Below are positions 52,069 to 60,665 of a DNA stretch of 64,000 bases, piece after piece. The notes beneath the pieces were generated by a model, which was given only the letters and a program-made list of their open reading frames with translations, was not told the DNA's origin and searched no databases. Source of the stretch: an uncultured Bacteroidales bacterium (GTDB lineage Bacteria; Bacteroidota; Bacteroidia; Bacteroidales; VadinHA17); NCBI GenBank assembly GCA_963816365.1, contig CAWFKG010000018.1, positions 24,950-88,949 on the forward strand. Reading direction: 5' to 3'. Position 1 is the stretch's first letter. Each line of letters starts with the position of its first letter. The position numbers were made by a program, and so were the translations under genes.

Positions 52069-52198
52069 GAAGATTGCTGCGCCCTCCTTCGTCGGGCTCG
52101 CAATGACTCTTCAACTGAGGCTAATTCATTTTGTGAGTTTAACCGAAATTGGTAATGTACACAGTCATTGCGAGGAGCGAAGCGACGAAGCAATCTTC
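52069..52198. repeat. Imperfect inverted repeat (arms 40 and 36 nt, ~54-nt spacer) downstream of the COG2403 gene
   Basis: The left arm GAAGATTGCTGCGCCCTCCTTCGTCGGGCTCGCAATGACT (52069-52108) pairs with the right arm AGTCATTGCGAGGAGCGAAGCGACGAAGCAATCTTC (52163-52198). The arm ends match 10 and 12 nt exactly; the middles diverge. Confidence 0.75.
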
Positions 52199-52280
52199 CC
52201 TACCAAGTCTGATTATAGGTAAAAAAACCCTTTCCATACCTGTTGTGAAAGTTGGATGTCGATAGTAATTAAATCTATTT

Positions 52281-54608
52281 TTATATCTTCTTGTATTTTT
52301 CTACCCGCGCATCTTTGATAACACCTTTCCAGTTCAGGCCGAAACCAAAATCGTACTTATTCCCGTCTGAATCGATATGGCATATCATGTCATAAGGTAC
52401 ATCCTCTTTTTGCATCTCGACAGTTTTCATGTCTGCAGGCATCTGCATTGGCAGCAAGCCGGAAGGTTCAGCACCACCGGTAAGGATATCCAGGATAGCC
52501 TGATCCTGAACATCGAAAGTGACCAGTATGGCATCTGCATCTTTTTCAAATTCACTGAAGACCATTGGTTTTGACATTGAGATTGATACAATAACCGGTT
52601 TACCCTGCATTACTTTTCGGGTATCGAGCACCATTTTTAAATCGGTGGCATTGGATGTCGTGACTGTTTTGCCTTTATAGGTTCGGTTTGTGAACTTCTC
52701 AAGCGGATCTCCGCCGGCTATGCTCGGGTCGCGGGCATAAACAGCTTTGTACGGCTCGTATTGGAGACTTATCGGCACATAACCGTTTCCGCCTTTCTTT
52801 ACATCGGCAACATCATAGCCACTTCCGGAATTCGGGCTCCTGATTATCACCAGTGCAAAGTCAGCTTCAGAAGGATTATCGGTAACCTTGAAATATTTCT
52901 TTAAAACGTCTAGATTAACAGGATAACTTATTGATTCAGGAGTCGGTCCGCCAAAGAAATCTCTTCCAGCGGCTGTAGTTCTCTTAGGAATGTACACAGT
53001 CTTTTGTTTTTCTACAGGAAGAGTTTTGTTTCTATTCTTCAGCATTACAATCGATTTCAGCTGAGCCTCATATCCCGCTTTCATGAATTCTTCATTTCCT
53101 ACGATCTTTTTTGTATCAGCCACATTCAGGTACGGATTTTCAAAAAGGCCGACCCTGATAATGTTCTTTAGAAGTCTGACTGCAGATTGTTCCATGCGGG
53201 CTCTCATGAATTCCTCCCCATGTTCTCTAACTCCCATCTGATAAGCTTCAATTACCGGTCCTGCGTCATTGTTTCCACCAAACTGGTCCACGCCGGCCAT
53301 TATGATCTTATAATGCCTCTGTGCTATGGTAAGTGTTTCCACTCCCCAGCAGGTAGTTCCGAAACCGTCAATTGCTTTTTCATCGGATGTAACTCCCCAG
53401 TCTGTGCAAATGACGCCATCAAATGAATATTTACCACGCAATAAATCATTTATTATATACTTGTTATAGCTGTTACCAACATTTTCATTATTCTGTTTGT
53501 CAATGCCCCACGAAATAGTATAATAAGGCATGACTGCTGAGGCCATTTTTGTTGGACCTTCAAGCTTGAGGGCACCTTCAGTGAATGGGATAAGATGATC
53601 TGCAAGATTATTACCAGGGTATACTGCATATTTACCAAAAGCAAAGTGCGCATCGCGTCCTCCCTCTTCGGGTCCTCCTGAAGGCCAGTGTTTTATCATG
53701 GTATTTACACTGGTATAGCCCCATCCGTCAGCAATTGCCTTACCTCCGATAGATGTCTGAAATCCATCAACATAGGCACGCGCCATATCAGTAGTAAGCT
53801 GTGGGTTTTCTCCGAAGGTCCCGTTTACTCTGGCCCAGCGCGGTTCAGTGGCCAGATCAATCTGCGGGGAGAGTGCAGTTGTAATGCCTAAAGCACGGTA
53901 CTCTTTTGCAGCGATCTGTCCAAACTGTTTTACTACGGCAGGATCGAAAGTGGCAGCCATCCCAAGCGAACCCGGCCACATGGAAATTTGCCCTGCCGAA
54001 CCAACATTGTATTCAACATCGGAGTTCGACCGGTGTCTTGGATCAGAGCTGTTATTAGAAGGTATTCCTAAGCCTATACCCTCACAAAGTGCCTGCAATT
54101 TGTTATTCCACAATGCAGCCACTTCAGGACTTTGCACTGTGGTGACAAGAACATGACGTAGATTATCTTTTGTAAGGAATTTGATTTGCTGGTCGCTCAG
54201 GTCATATGGTTTTGCTCCGCTTTCCTGAAATGGCTTACCATTATATGTACTTGCACCAAAACGGGAGCTGCCCGATGGAATTGCCTGATGTGCGCTGTAT
54301 AACATAAGTCCGGCAATCTGTTCGACACTCATTTTTGAGGCCAGATCCTTTGCACGTACTTCAGCACTCAGGCGCCAGTCTTCATATTTGTCGAGTTTTC
54401 CATTTTTATTCAAGTCCTTAAATGCCAGGCCGTTGACTGTCAGTAGTTTAATATGGGAAGTTGTATCATAACCCAGAGTTTGCCCTCCTTTATTTGTAAC
54501 TATCCTTAACGATCCCGTACCTGATTCGGTCCAGCTTTTGCAACTGTCAAAAGTCAGTGCGACTATTGCAGTGAATAATAGGTAAGAGGAAATTTTCATT
54601 TTATTCAT
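52281..54608 (-). CDS. bglX: GH3 beta-glucosidase-type glycoside hydrolase (lipoprotein)
   Basis: Intact 775-aa ORF with signal/lipobox ...LTFDSC. It has GH3 N-domain motifs (SPQIDLATEPRW.R..GTFGE, GV.CTDWG) and the C-terminal alpha/beta and FnIII-like parts. Confidence 0.88.
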   Translation of the reverse strand: MNKMKISSYLLFTAIVALTFDSCKSWTESGTGSLRIVTNKGGQTLGYDTTSHIKLLTVNGLAFKDLNKNGKLDKYEDWRLSAEVRAKDLASKMSVEQIAGLMLYSAHQAIPSGSSRFGASTYNGKPFQESGAKPYDLSDQQIKFLTKDNLRHVLVTTVQSPEVAALWNNKLQALCEGIGLGIPSNNSSDPRHRSNSDVEYNVGSAGQISMWPGSLGMAATFDPAVVKQFGQIAAKEYRALGITTALSPQIDLATEPRWARVNGTFGENPQLTTDMARAYVDGFQTSIGGKAIADGWGYTSVNTMIKHWPSGGPEEGGRDAHFAFGKYAVYPGNNLADHLIPFTEGALKLEGPTKMASAVMPYYTISWGIDKQNNENVGNSYNKYIINDLLRGKYSFDGVICTDWGVTSDEKAIDGFGTTCWGVETLTIAQRHYKIIMAGVDQFGGNNDAGPVIEAYQMGVREHGEEFMRARMEQSAVRLLKNIIRVGLFENPYLNVADTKKIVGNEEFMKAGYEAQLKSIVMLKNRNKTLPVEKQKTVYIPKRTTAAGRDFFGGPTPESISYPVNLDVLKKYFKVTDNPSEADFALVIIRSPNSGSGYDVADVKKGGNGYVPISLQYEPYKAVYARDPSIAGGDPLEKFTNRTYKGKTVTTSNATDLKMVLDTRKVMQGKPVIVSISMSKPMVFSEFEKDADAILVTFDVQDQAILDILTGGAEPSGLLPMQMPADMKTVEMQKEDVPYDMICHIDSDGNKYDFGFGLNWKGVIKDARVEKYKKI

Positions 54609-54718
54609 ATCTGGTAGATTTTGAAATGTGCGGAATTAAAGGTAGCAGTTTATAATTGAAGTTTTATAATCTGTGTTGAATTACACTTAAATAACGAGAT
54701 TTTTCCCCCCTTTTTTTT

Positions 54719-55189
54719 CTCCCCCTGCCAGGCTAATCTTTTATCACATCTCAGTTCATTGGGTGCTATTAGTAATCACATGCGACTTTTTTGTAAAACC
54801 TTTTATGCCACGAATGTGGCTAAATTTGAATAACCCCCGGTGCAACCGGGGGTCAGCTAACTCTCTAATTTTTAGCCCTGAAGGGGCGATATATAATTGG
54901 ATTTAATTAAAGCATTTTGTATTCTCACTAAAAAAGTGACTTTAAGAGTATCGTCAAATACTAAAGGAATCTGGGATAACACCGGACGAAAGATTTTTTC
55001 CTTAATTAATTATATCCAGCTCCTTCAGAGCTGTAGGATTTGTGTTGAGTTTAACCCCCGGTTCCACCGACGGTTGCACCGTCGGTTGCACCGGGGGTTA
55101 TTCAAATTTGGCTCCTTCAGAGCCAATTAATGAACGGCATTTCTAGATATTAAAATAGATGTGTATAAAGATTAGCCTGCCAGGGGGAG
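54719..55189. repeat. ~470-bp nested-palindrome, MITE-like non-coding element
   Basis: The outer arms CTCCCCCTGCCAGGCTAATCTTTTATCACATC (54719-54750) / GATGTGTATAAAGATTAGCCTGCCAGGGGGAG (55158-55189) match apart from a few positions. The inner pair is AAATTTGAATAACCCCCGGTGCAACCGGGGG (54822-54852) and its reverse complement at 55055-55109, where a 12-bp GGTTSCACCGNC unit is triplicated. There are further pairs (AGCCCTGAAGGGGC 54874-87 vs GCTCCTTCAGAGC 55019-31 and 55111-23) and AT-rich TTAATTAA-containing pairs around the centre. Confidence 0.8.
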
Positions 55190-55241
55190 TGCCCGAAGTG
55201 CGAGGGGGTTTATCGGATTGGGAATAAAAAGGGAGTACCAC

Positions 55242-56588
55242 TCACATAGTGTGTCTTTTCTTAAGTTTTTTCCCTTCCTCTTCAAAACCTGGTTTATTAA
55301 GCAACGCAAACATATTCTTTTTGTATGCCTCAACACCCGGCTGATCGAATGGGTTCACGTCGAGAATATATCCGCTTATTGCACAGGCCATTTCAAAGAA
55401 AAAGATCAGTTGCCCGATATAATACTCATCGAGAACAGGAACATTAATACTGATTATAGGAACGTTACCGTCATTATGAGCGAGGGCAGTGCCTAATTCG
55501 GCATTATAATTTACTTCCGAAAGTCTTTTCCCGGCAAGGTAATTCAGCTGATCAGAGTCATCTTTTTCCAGAGGAATGGTAAGCTTTTTTACTGAGTTTT
55601 TTACTGAGATAAAAGTCTCAAAAAGGATCCTCTGTCCATCCTGTATATATTGACCCATTGAATGAAGATCAGTTGTAAGATCAACGGAGGCCGGATAGAT
55701 CCCTTTACCATCTTTCCCTTCACTCTCTCCGTAAAGTTGTTTCCACCATTCCAGGAAGAAATGCAGCTTGGGAGTAAAACCAGCTATTATCTCAACAGGT
55801 TTTCCGCTTTGAAGGAGAAGGTTCCTTGCCGACGCATAGAGAAGGGAAGGATTGGATTCAGCATGTTTATTTTTTCTTGTGATCAATTCCATTGATTTAG
55901 CACCGTTTACCAGCATTCTGATATCCAGTCCGCTTATTGCAACCGGCAGAAGTCCTACCGGTGTAAGTACAGAATATCTTCCACCTATATTATCAGGTAT
56001 TATAAATGTTTCATATCCGTTTGTCTCAGCAAGAGACCGGAGAGCACCTTTTTTTGCATCAGTTATAGCGATAATTCTTTCTGCAGCAGCAAGTTTTCCG
56101 ACCTTTTTTTCCAGATGATCCTTAAGAATCCGGAATGCGATTGCAGGTTCCGTGGTTGTTCCGGATTTTGAGATCACAACAATTGAATAATTCCTCCCGT
56201 CAAGTAATTCAAGAAGTTCTGCCAGATAATCTTCGCTGATATTCTGCCCGGCAAAAATCATGTCATGGTGCTTATTCTTAAGAAGGGTGGAAAATGAGTG
56301 TGACAAAGCTTCAATTACTGCCCGTGCTCCCAGGTATGACCCTCCGATTCCGATTACAACAGTTGTATCGGTAAGAGATCTTAAGTGCCTTGCAGTTTTT
56401 TCTATTTTTTCAAGTTGGGGAAGTACGTCATCAGGGAGTGATAGCCAGCCAAGAAAATCATTTCCTGTGCCTGTTCCTGCATTTAGTGTATCAAGGTGTC
56501 TCACAGATTGTTGTGCATGTGCTGCTACTTCTTCAAATGAGATAAATTTGCTGATGTTTTTCAGATTGATACTTATACTTTCCTTCAT
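55242..56588 (-). CDS. pgi: Glucose-6-phosphate isomerase
   Basis: Intact 448-aa ORF: VVIGIGGSYLGA, VVISKSGTT.E, GGRYSVL...G, and GQLI.F.E in the C-terminal part. Confidence 0.95.
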   Translation of the reverse strand: MKESISINLKNISKFISFEEVAAHAQQSVRHLDTLNAGTGTGNDFLGWLSLPDDVLPQLEKIEKTARHLRSLTDTTVVIGIGGSYLGARAVIEALSHSFSTLLKNKHHDMIFAGQNISEDYLAELLELLDGRNYSIVVISKSGTTTEPAIAFRILKDHLEKKVGKLAAAERIIAITDAKKGALRSLAETNGYETFIIPDNIGGRYSVLTPVGLLPVAISGLDIRMLVNGAKSMELITRKNKHAESNPSLLYASARNLLLQSGKPVEIIAGFTPKLHFFLEWWKQLYGESEGKDGKGIYPASVDLTTDLHSMGQYIQDGQRILFETFISVKNSVKKLTIPLEKDDSDQLNYLAGKRLSEVNYNAELGTALAHNDGNVPIISINVPVLDEYYIGQLIFFFEMACAISGYILDVNPFDQPGVEAYKKNMFALLNKPGFEEEGKKLKKRHTM

Positions 56589-56676
56589 TTCATTTAACTT
56601 TTTACAAAGTTAAGAAAAAAGCCGTCGGAATTGATCCGGCGGCTCTTATTAATGATGGATATATTTAGGTTTGGAG

Positions 56677-57396
56677 TTATCTTTTATGAATACCACCTGC
56701 ACTTGATGAATGGGAGTCCACATATTTTGGATCGCCCTTATAATTGATACCTCCGGCACTTGAAGCTCTTGCAGTTATTCTGTCCGTGACATAAACATCA
56801 GCATCACCTGCGCTAGATACCGATATATCTGCTTCCCTTGATCTAAGTTCATAAGCATTCAGATCACCTGCACTGCTAAGGTCAGCTCTTAACATGTCAG
56901 TTTCCCCTTTGAGGGTTATATCTCCTGAACTGCTGATGTCGATATCTATGTTTTTTGCATTTACATCCAACTTGATATCTCCGGCACTGCTTGCTGATAA
57001 TTCTAGTTTGTCGCTCTTGATCGGACTCTCTCCGTAAACATCACCCGCGCTTGTTGTCTTTACCGAATTCACCTCTTTCATGGTAACATAAACCCGCTTC
57101 CTTTCGGCATCGCGGATATTATATTCGCTATAAACATTCAGGATTCCATTTCTGACTTCCGTCAGGATATATTCGTGTAAATTCTCATCAGCCTCAACAG
57201 TAACTTCCTCATTATTACCCTGTTTGAGATAGACATCAATACCTGAGCTAACTTTTACTCCGGTGAAAGAGTCAGTTTTTCTTTCTTTTGTGACCACCTT
57301 CCCATGTCCCTCGACTGTTCTCCAGTGTTGAGCCAGGGCTGAATGCGAGATACCTAGAATAATGATGACGATTGTTAACGATCTGAGGCTTTTCAT
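56677..57396 (-). CDS. DUF2807 / head GIN domain-containing secreted protein
   Basis: Intact 239-aa ORF with a signal peptide, FTGVKVSSGIDVYLKQG..EEVTVEADENL...ILTEV.NG.L, then repeated SSAGDI/SSSGDI beta-helix-like units. Confidence 0.75.
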   Translation of the reverse strand: MKSLRSLTIVIIILGISHSALAQHWRTVEGHGKVVTKERKTDSFTGVKVSSGIDVYLKQGNNEEVTVEADENLHEYILTEVRNGILNVYSEYNIRDAERKRVYVTMKEVNSVKTTSAGDVYGESPIKSDKLELSASSAGDIKLDVNAKNIDIDISSSGDITLKGETDMLRADLSSAGDLNAYELRSREADISVSSAGDADVYVTDRITARASSAGGINYKGDPKYVDSHSSSAGGIHKR

Positions 57397-57489
57397 ACTT
57401 TTCTAATTTTATGATTTTGAAATCCAATCCTGATAAAGACAGGAAGAAAATCAAATCGTTGCATAAAAATTGAAAAGTTATTGGTGTAA

Positions 57490-58392
57490 CCCCCAACCCC
57501 CCCAAATGAGGGGCTAACTCAATTATGAATAATAGAACAAACGAATTTTGAAATGAGAACTCAATTATGCATTCTGAATTCGAATGTTTGAACAAACGAA
57601 TTTTGAAATGAGAACTCAATTATGCATTCTGAATTCGAATGTTTAAATGATTCTGATGTTCAATCGTTCCCATGGTTTCAACCCCCAACCCCCCCAAATG
57701 AGGGGCTAACTCAATTATGAATAATAGAACAAACGAATTTTGAAATGAGAACTCAATTATGCATTCTGAATTCGAATAATTGAACAAACGAATTTTGAAA
57801 TGAGAACTCAATTATGCATTCTGAATTCGAATGTTTGAACAAACGAATTTTGAAATGAGAACTCAATTATGCATTCTGAATTCGAATGTTTGAACAAAAG
57901 AATTTTGAAATGAGAACTCAATTATGCATTCTGAATTCGAATGTTTAAATGTTCTGATGTTCAATCGTTCCCATGGTTTCAACCCCCCAACCCCCCAAAT
58001 GAGGGGCTAACTCAATTATGAATAATAGAACAAACGAATTTTGAAATGAGAACTCAATTATGCATTCTGAATTCGAATGTTTGAACAAACGAATTTTGAA
58101 ATGAGAACTCAATTATGCATTCTGAATTCGAATGTTTAAATGTTCTGATGTTCAATCGTTCCCATGGTTTCAACCCCCCAACCCCCCCAAATGAGGGGCT
58201 AACTCAATTATGAACAATAGAACAAACGAATTTTGAAATGAGAACTCAATTATGCATTCTGAATTCGAATGTTTGAACAAACGAATTTTGAAATGAGAAC
58301 TCAATTATGCATTCTGAATTCGAATGTTTAAATGTTCTGATGTTCAATCGTTCCCATGGTTTCAACCCCCCAACCCCCCAAATGGAGGGCTT
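57490..58392. repeat. Hierarchical tandem repeat array: ten 55-bp units within four higher-order repeats plus a fifth partial head
   Basis: The 55-bp unit is AACAAACGAATTTTGAAATGAGAACTCAATTATGCATTCTGAATTCGAATGTTTG. It starts at 57536, 57591, 57728, 57783, 57838, 57893, 58029, 58084, 58221 and 58276. Each block has a head (CCCCCAACCCCCCCAAATGAGGGGCTAACTCAATTATGAATAATAG), then 2, 4, 2 or 2 units, then a tail (AATGTTCTGATGTTCAATCGTTCCCATGGTTTCAA). The heads start at 57490, 57682, 57983, 58174 and 58366, giving periods of 192, 301, 191 and 192 bp. Confidence 0.95.
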
Positions 58393-58420
58393 TGGCAACT
58401 TTGCTTCATATAAAGAAAAT

Positions 58421-58471
58421 TAAAAGTCCCCCAATTGGGGGATTTAGGGGGTATATGGGGGATTTAGTGGG
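58421..58471 (+). repeat. G-run right terminus of the array (CCCCCAATTGGGGG hairpin plus GGGGG-N5-GGGGG-N5-GGGGG-N7-GGG)
   Basis: TAAAAGTCCCCCAATTGGGGGATTTAGGGGGTATATGGGGGATTTAGTGGG. The G-runs lie at 58437-41, 58447-51, 58457-61 and 58469-71. It ends 10 nt from the stop of the ABC-2 permease gene. Confidence 0.85.
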
Positions 58472-58480
58472 TTTTGCGGC

Positions 58481-59623
58481 TCAGTGCCATTTGAAGATCT
58501 TTAACCCTATAGAGAAAAACGAAATTCCGATAATCAGCAGGATTAAAATTGGCAGTGCAACTTCATGATAACCTGCCCCTTCATTGAAAATACTTCTTAC
58601 ACCGTCGGTCAGCATTGTCAACGGCAGGTTCCTGATAACAGGCAGGCTCCAGTCGGGAAAATTCTGATAGCTGAAAAAAATCCCCGAAAGGATCATCATT
58701 GGAAATACAACGAAGTTGATCATACCGTTTCCGGCTTCGGTATTTGAGGTGCGTGATGAGACAAATACTGCGATACCGGCAAAAGCAATATTACCTGCGA
58801 GAAAAACTAAAATAAGAGCTGAAATGCTGCCCTGGATCGACAATCTGAATGCAAATAGCGCAAAAAGAAATAGAATCAGTGATTCAATAAAATTCATCGT
58901 GACCCTTACGGTAATAAGGGCGATCAGAAAATGAGATTTCTTCATCGGTGTTGCAACAAGTCTTCTTAAAAGCTTCTTCGATCTCTTTTCGATAATTCCA
59001 TAACTTATTCCCCACATACTCGACATCATAACTCCCATTGTTATTAGTCCCGGAACAAGGAAATCAATATATCTTGTGCCGGTTACAGTAAGAGGTTTAA
59101 TATCTGAATTGTTCGCGACAGGCTGTATTGACCCTTGCCCAATAACACTGCTAAGCTTGAGGTAAGTCAGCTGAGCATCAGGATTCATCGGGTCGAACTC
59201 ATATTTCAACGAATCATTTATGCCCGTCAGGAGCACATTAATTGTACCTCTCTTAAGCAACCTGACTGCATCGTCCCACTTTAAATTATAAAAAAGGAAA
59301 ACCGAGTTGCCCAGCTTTTCATCCTTTATTGTGTATTTCCACCGCCAGGTACCTGCTACCTTTGAGGAATCCTTTTCGCAGTTCTTTTCCAGAAAGCTCT
59401 CAATAACTGAATTATGGTGGACCGACAGAGGGTTTTCAGATATATTTATTATGGCGACTTTACGAATTACAGTGGTTTTTTTCGTAAACGCGAGACCCAG
59501 TCCCAATGACATCAGAATAGGAAAAAGTATTCCCCAGAACAGAACTTCGGGTTCCCTTATTATCTCACGAAACAGGGCAGATATTAGCTGCCATAGCTGT
59601 TTAAATCTGATCCATCTATTCAT
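58481..59623 (-). CDS. ABC-2 type transporter permease
   Basis: Intact 380-aa ORF with an N-terminal TM, a large extracytoplasmic loop and five C-terminal TMs, typical of ABC-2 exporters. It overlaps the upstream ATPase gene by 8 nt. Confidence 0.8.
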   Translation of the reverse strand: MNRWIRFKQLWQLISALFREIIREPEVLFWGILFPILMSLGLGLAFTKKTTVIRKVAIINISENPLSVHHNSVIESFLEKNCEKDSSKVAGTWRWKYTIKDEKLGNSVFLFYNLKWDDAVRLLKRGTINVLLTGINDSLKYEFDPMNPDAQLTYLKLSSVIGQGSIQPVANNSDIKPLTVTGTRYIDFLVPGLITMGVMMSSMWGISYGIIEKRSKKLLRRLVATPMKKSHFLIALITVRVTMNFIESLILFLFALFAFRLSIQGSISALILVFLAGNIAFAGIAVFVSSRTSNTEAGNGMINFVVFPMMILSGIFFSYQNFPDWSLPVIRNLPLTMLTDGVRSIFNEGAGYHEVALPILILLIIGISFFSIGLKIFKWH

Positions 59624-60551
59624 TTATCTTCCTTCCCGTTAGTGAAACAAACAGATCATCAAGCGTTTTGCGCCTGCATTCCATATGTTTAAGGGATATA
59701 TTCCTCGATCTCATGAAGGCCATGAAAGCAGGCAGTTCGGTGTCAAAATCGGTCAGGGTAACAAATCCTTTTTCGTGTGTCTCCCCCTGATGAATATTAA
59801 ATGGTAAGTCAGATGAAAATAGTTCCTCCCTGAGGAGAGCTCTTTCAGCTGTGAATTCAACAACTTTTTCATGGGAATCGTCTTCAAGCAATTGTTGAAG
59901 AGTTCCTTCTTTCAATATTACACCGTTATCCATAATTATTATATAGTCGCATAGGTTCTCCGCTTCCTCCATATAATGAGTGGTAAGGATCATTGAAGTT
60001 TTGGCCCTGGCTTTAAGTGTCTTAAGGATTTCCCAGATTTCACGCCTGGCATTCGGATCAAGGCCGGTCGTAGGTTCATCAAGAAGGAGGATGGCCGGGT
60101 TGTTTATCAGAGCAATACCTATGGCCAGCCTCTGCCGCTGTCCGCCTGAAAGATTAACCACATATGATTTATGCTTATCCTCAAGGCCAACGATATTAAT
60201 AATCTCCTTAACACGTTCCTTTCCGAGATTGAAAAACCTGGCAAACAAAAGCAGGGTTTCCGAAACACGAAGTTTATCTATAAATCTTGTCTCCTGAAGG
60301 GACAGCCCAATTATTGTATGAAGTTCATCCTCATTACCCTTCCACTTTTTGCCCATAATGCTTATTTCGCCTTTATCAGGTTTTTGAATCCCTTCAATCA
60401 TCTCGACAAGTGTGGTTTTGCCAGCTCCATTCGGGCCCAGGAGTGCCACAAACTGACCCTCGGGTATGTGAAGATCGATACCTTTTACAGCCTGGACCGT
60501 TTTAAAGGACTTCCAGACGTTTTTTACCTCTATAACAGGATTTGCAAGCAT
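59616..60551 (-). CDS. ABC transporter ATP-binding protein (ABC-2 exporter partner)
   Basis: Intact 311-aa ORF: [47 protein letters not shown]. Confidence 0.9.
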   Translation of the reverse strand: MLANPVIEVKNVWKSFKTVQAVKGIDLHIPEGQFVALLGPNGAGKTTLVEMIEGIQKPDKGEISIMGKKWKGNEDELHTIIGLSLQETRFIDKLRVSETLLLFARFFNLGKERVKEIINIVGLEDKHKSYVVNLSGGQRQRLAIGIALINNPAILLLDEPTTGLDPNARREIWEILKTLKARAKTSMILTTHYMEEAENLCDYIIIMDNGVILKEGTLQQLLEDDSHEKVVEFTAERALLREELFSSDLPFNIHQGETHEKGFVTLTDFDTELPAFMAFMRSRNISLKHMECRRKTLDDLFVSLTGRKINE

Positions 60552-60665
60552 GTGAGATTACCTGACGAAATTTAATTTTTTTTTTGACAGGATTTGTTGT
60601 CAAACACAGAATTCCTAACAAATGTCAGTTGTTCAATGTTCGGATTTTTGTAACTTTAAAAAAAA

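Noticed and set aside
54897-55130. 77-aa ORF with HRRLHRRLHRGL as a small basic protein
   Set aside because: It lies wholly inside the nested palindrome. Its repetitive C-terminus is the translated 12-bp triplication, and it has no start context.
57272-57811. Minus-strand ORFs of 115 aa and 63 aa (MSSHFKIRLF...ELAPHLGGLGV) as real genes
   Set aside because: Both are translations of the tandem repeat and give the same peptide twice. The 55-bp period is not a multiple of 3. The first also overlaps the well-supported DUF2807 gene start.
57490-58392. CRISPR array interpretation of the 57.5-58.4 kb repeats
   Set aside because: The sequences between the repeated heads are themselves identical repeats, not unique spacers. 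The unit sizes (55 bp contiguous, blocks of 191-301 bp) do not fit a repeat/spacer architecture. No cas genes or leader are present anywhere in the window.
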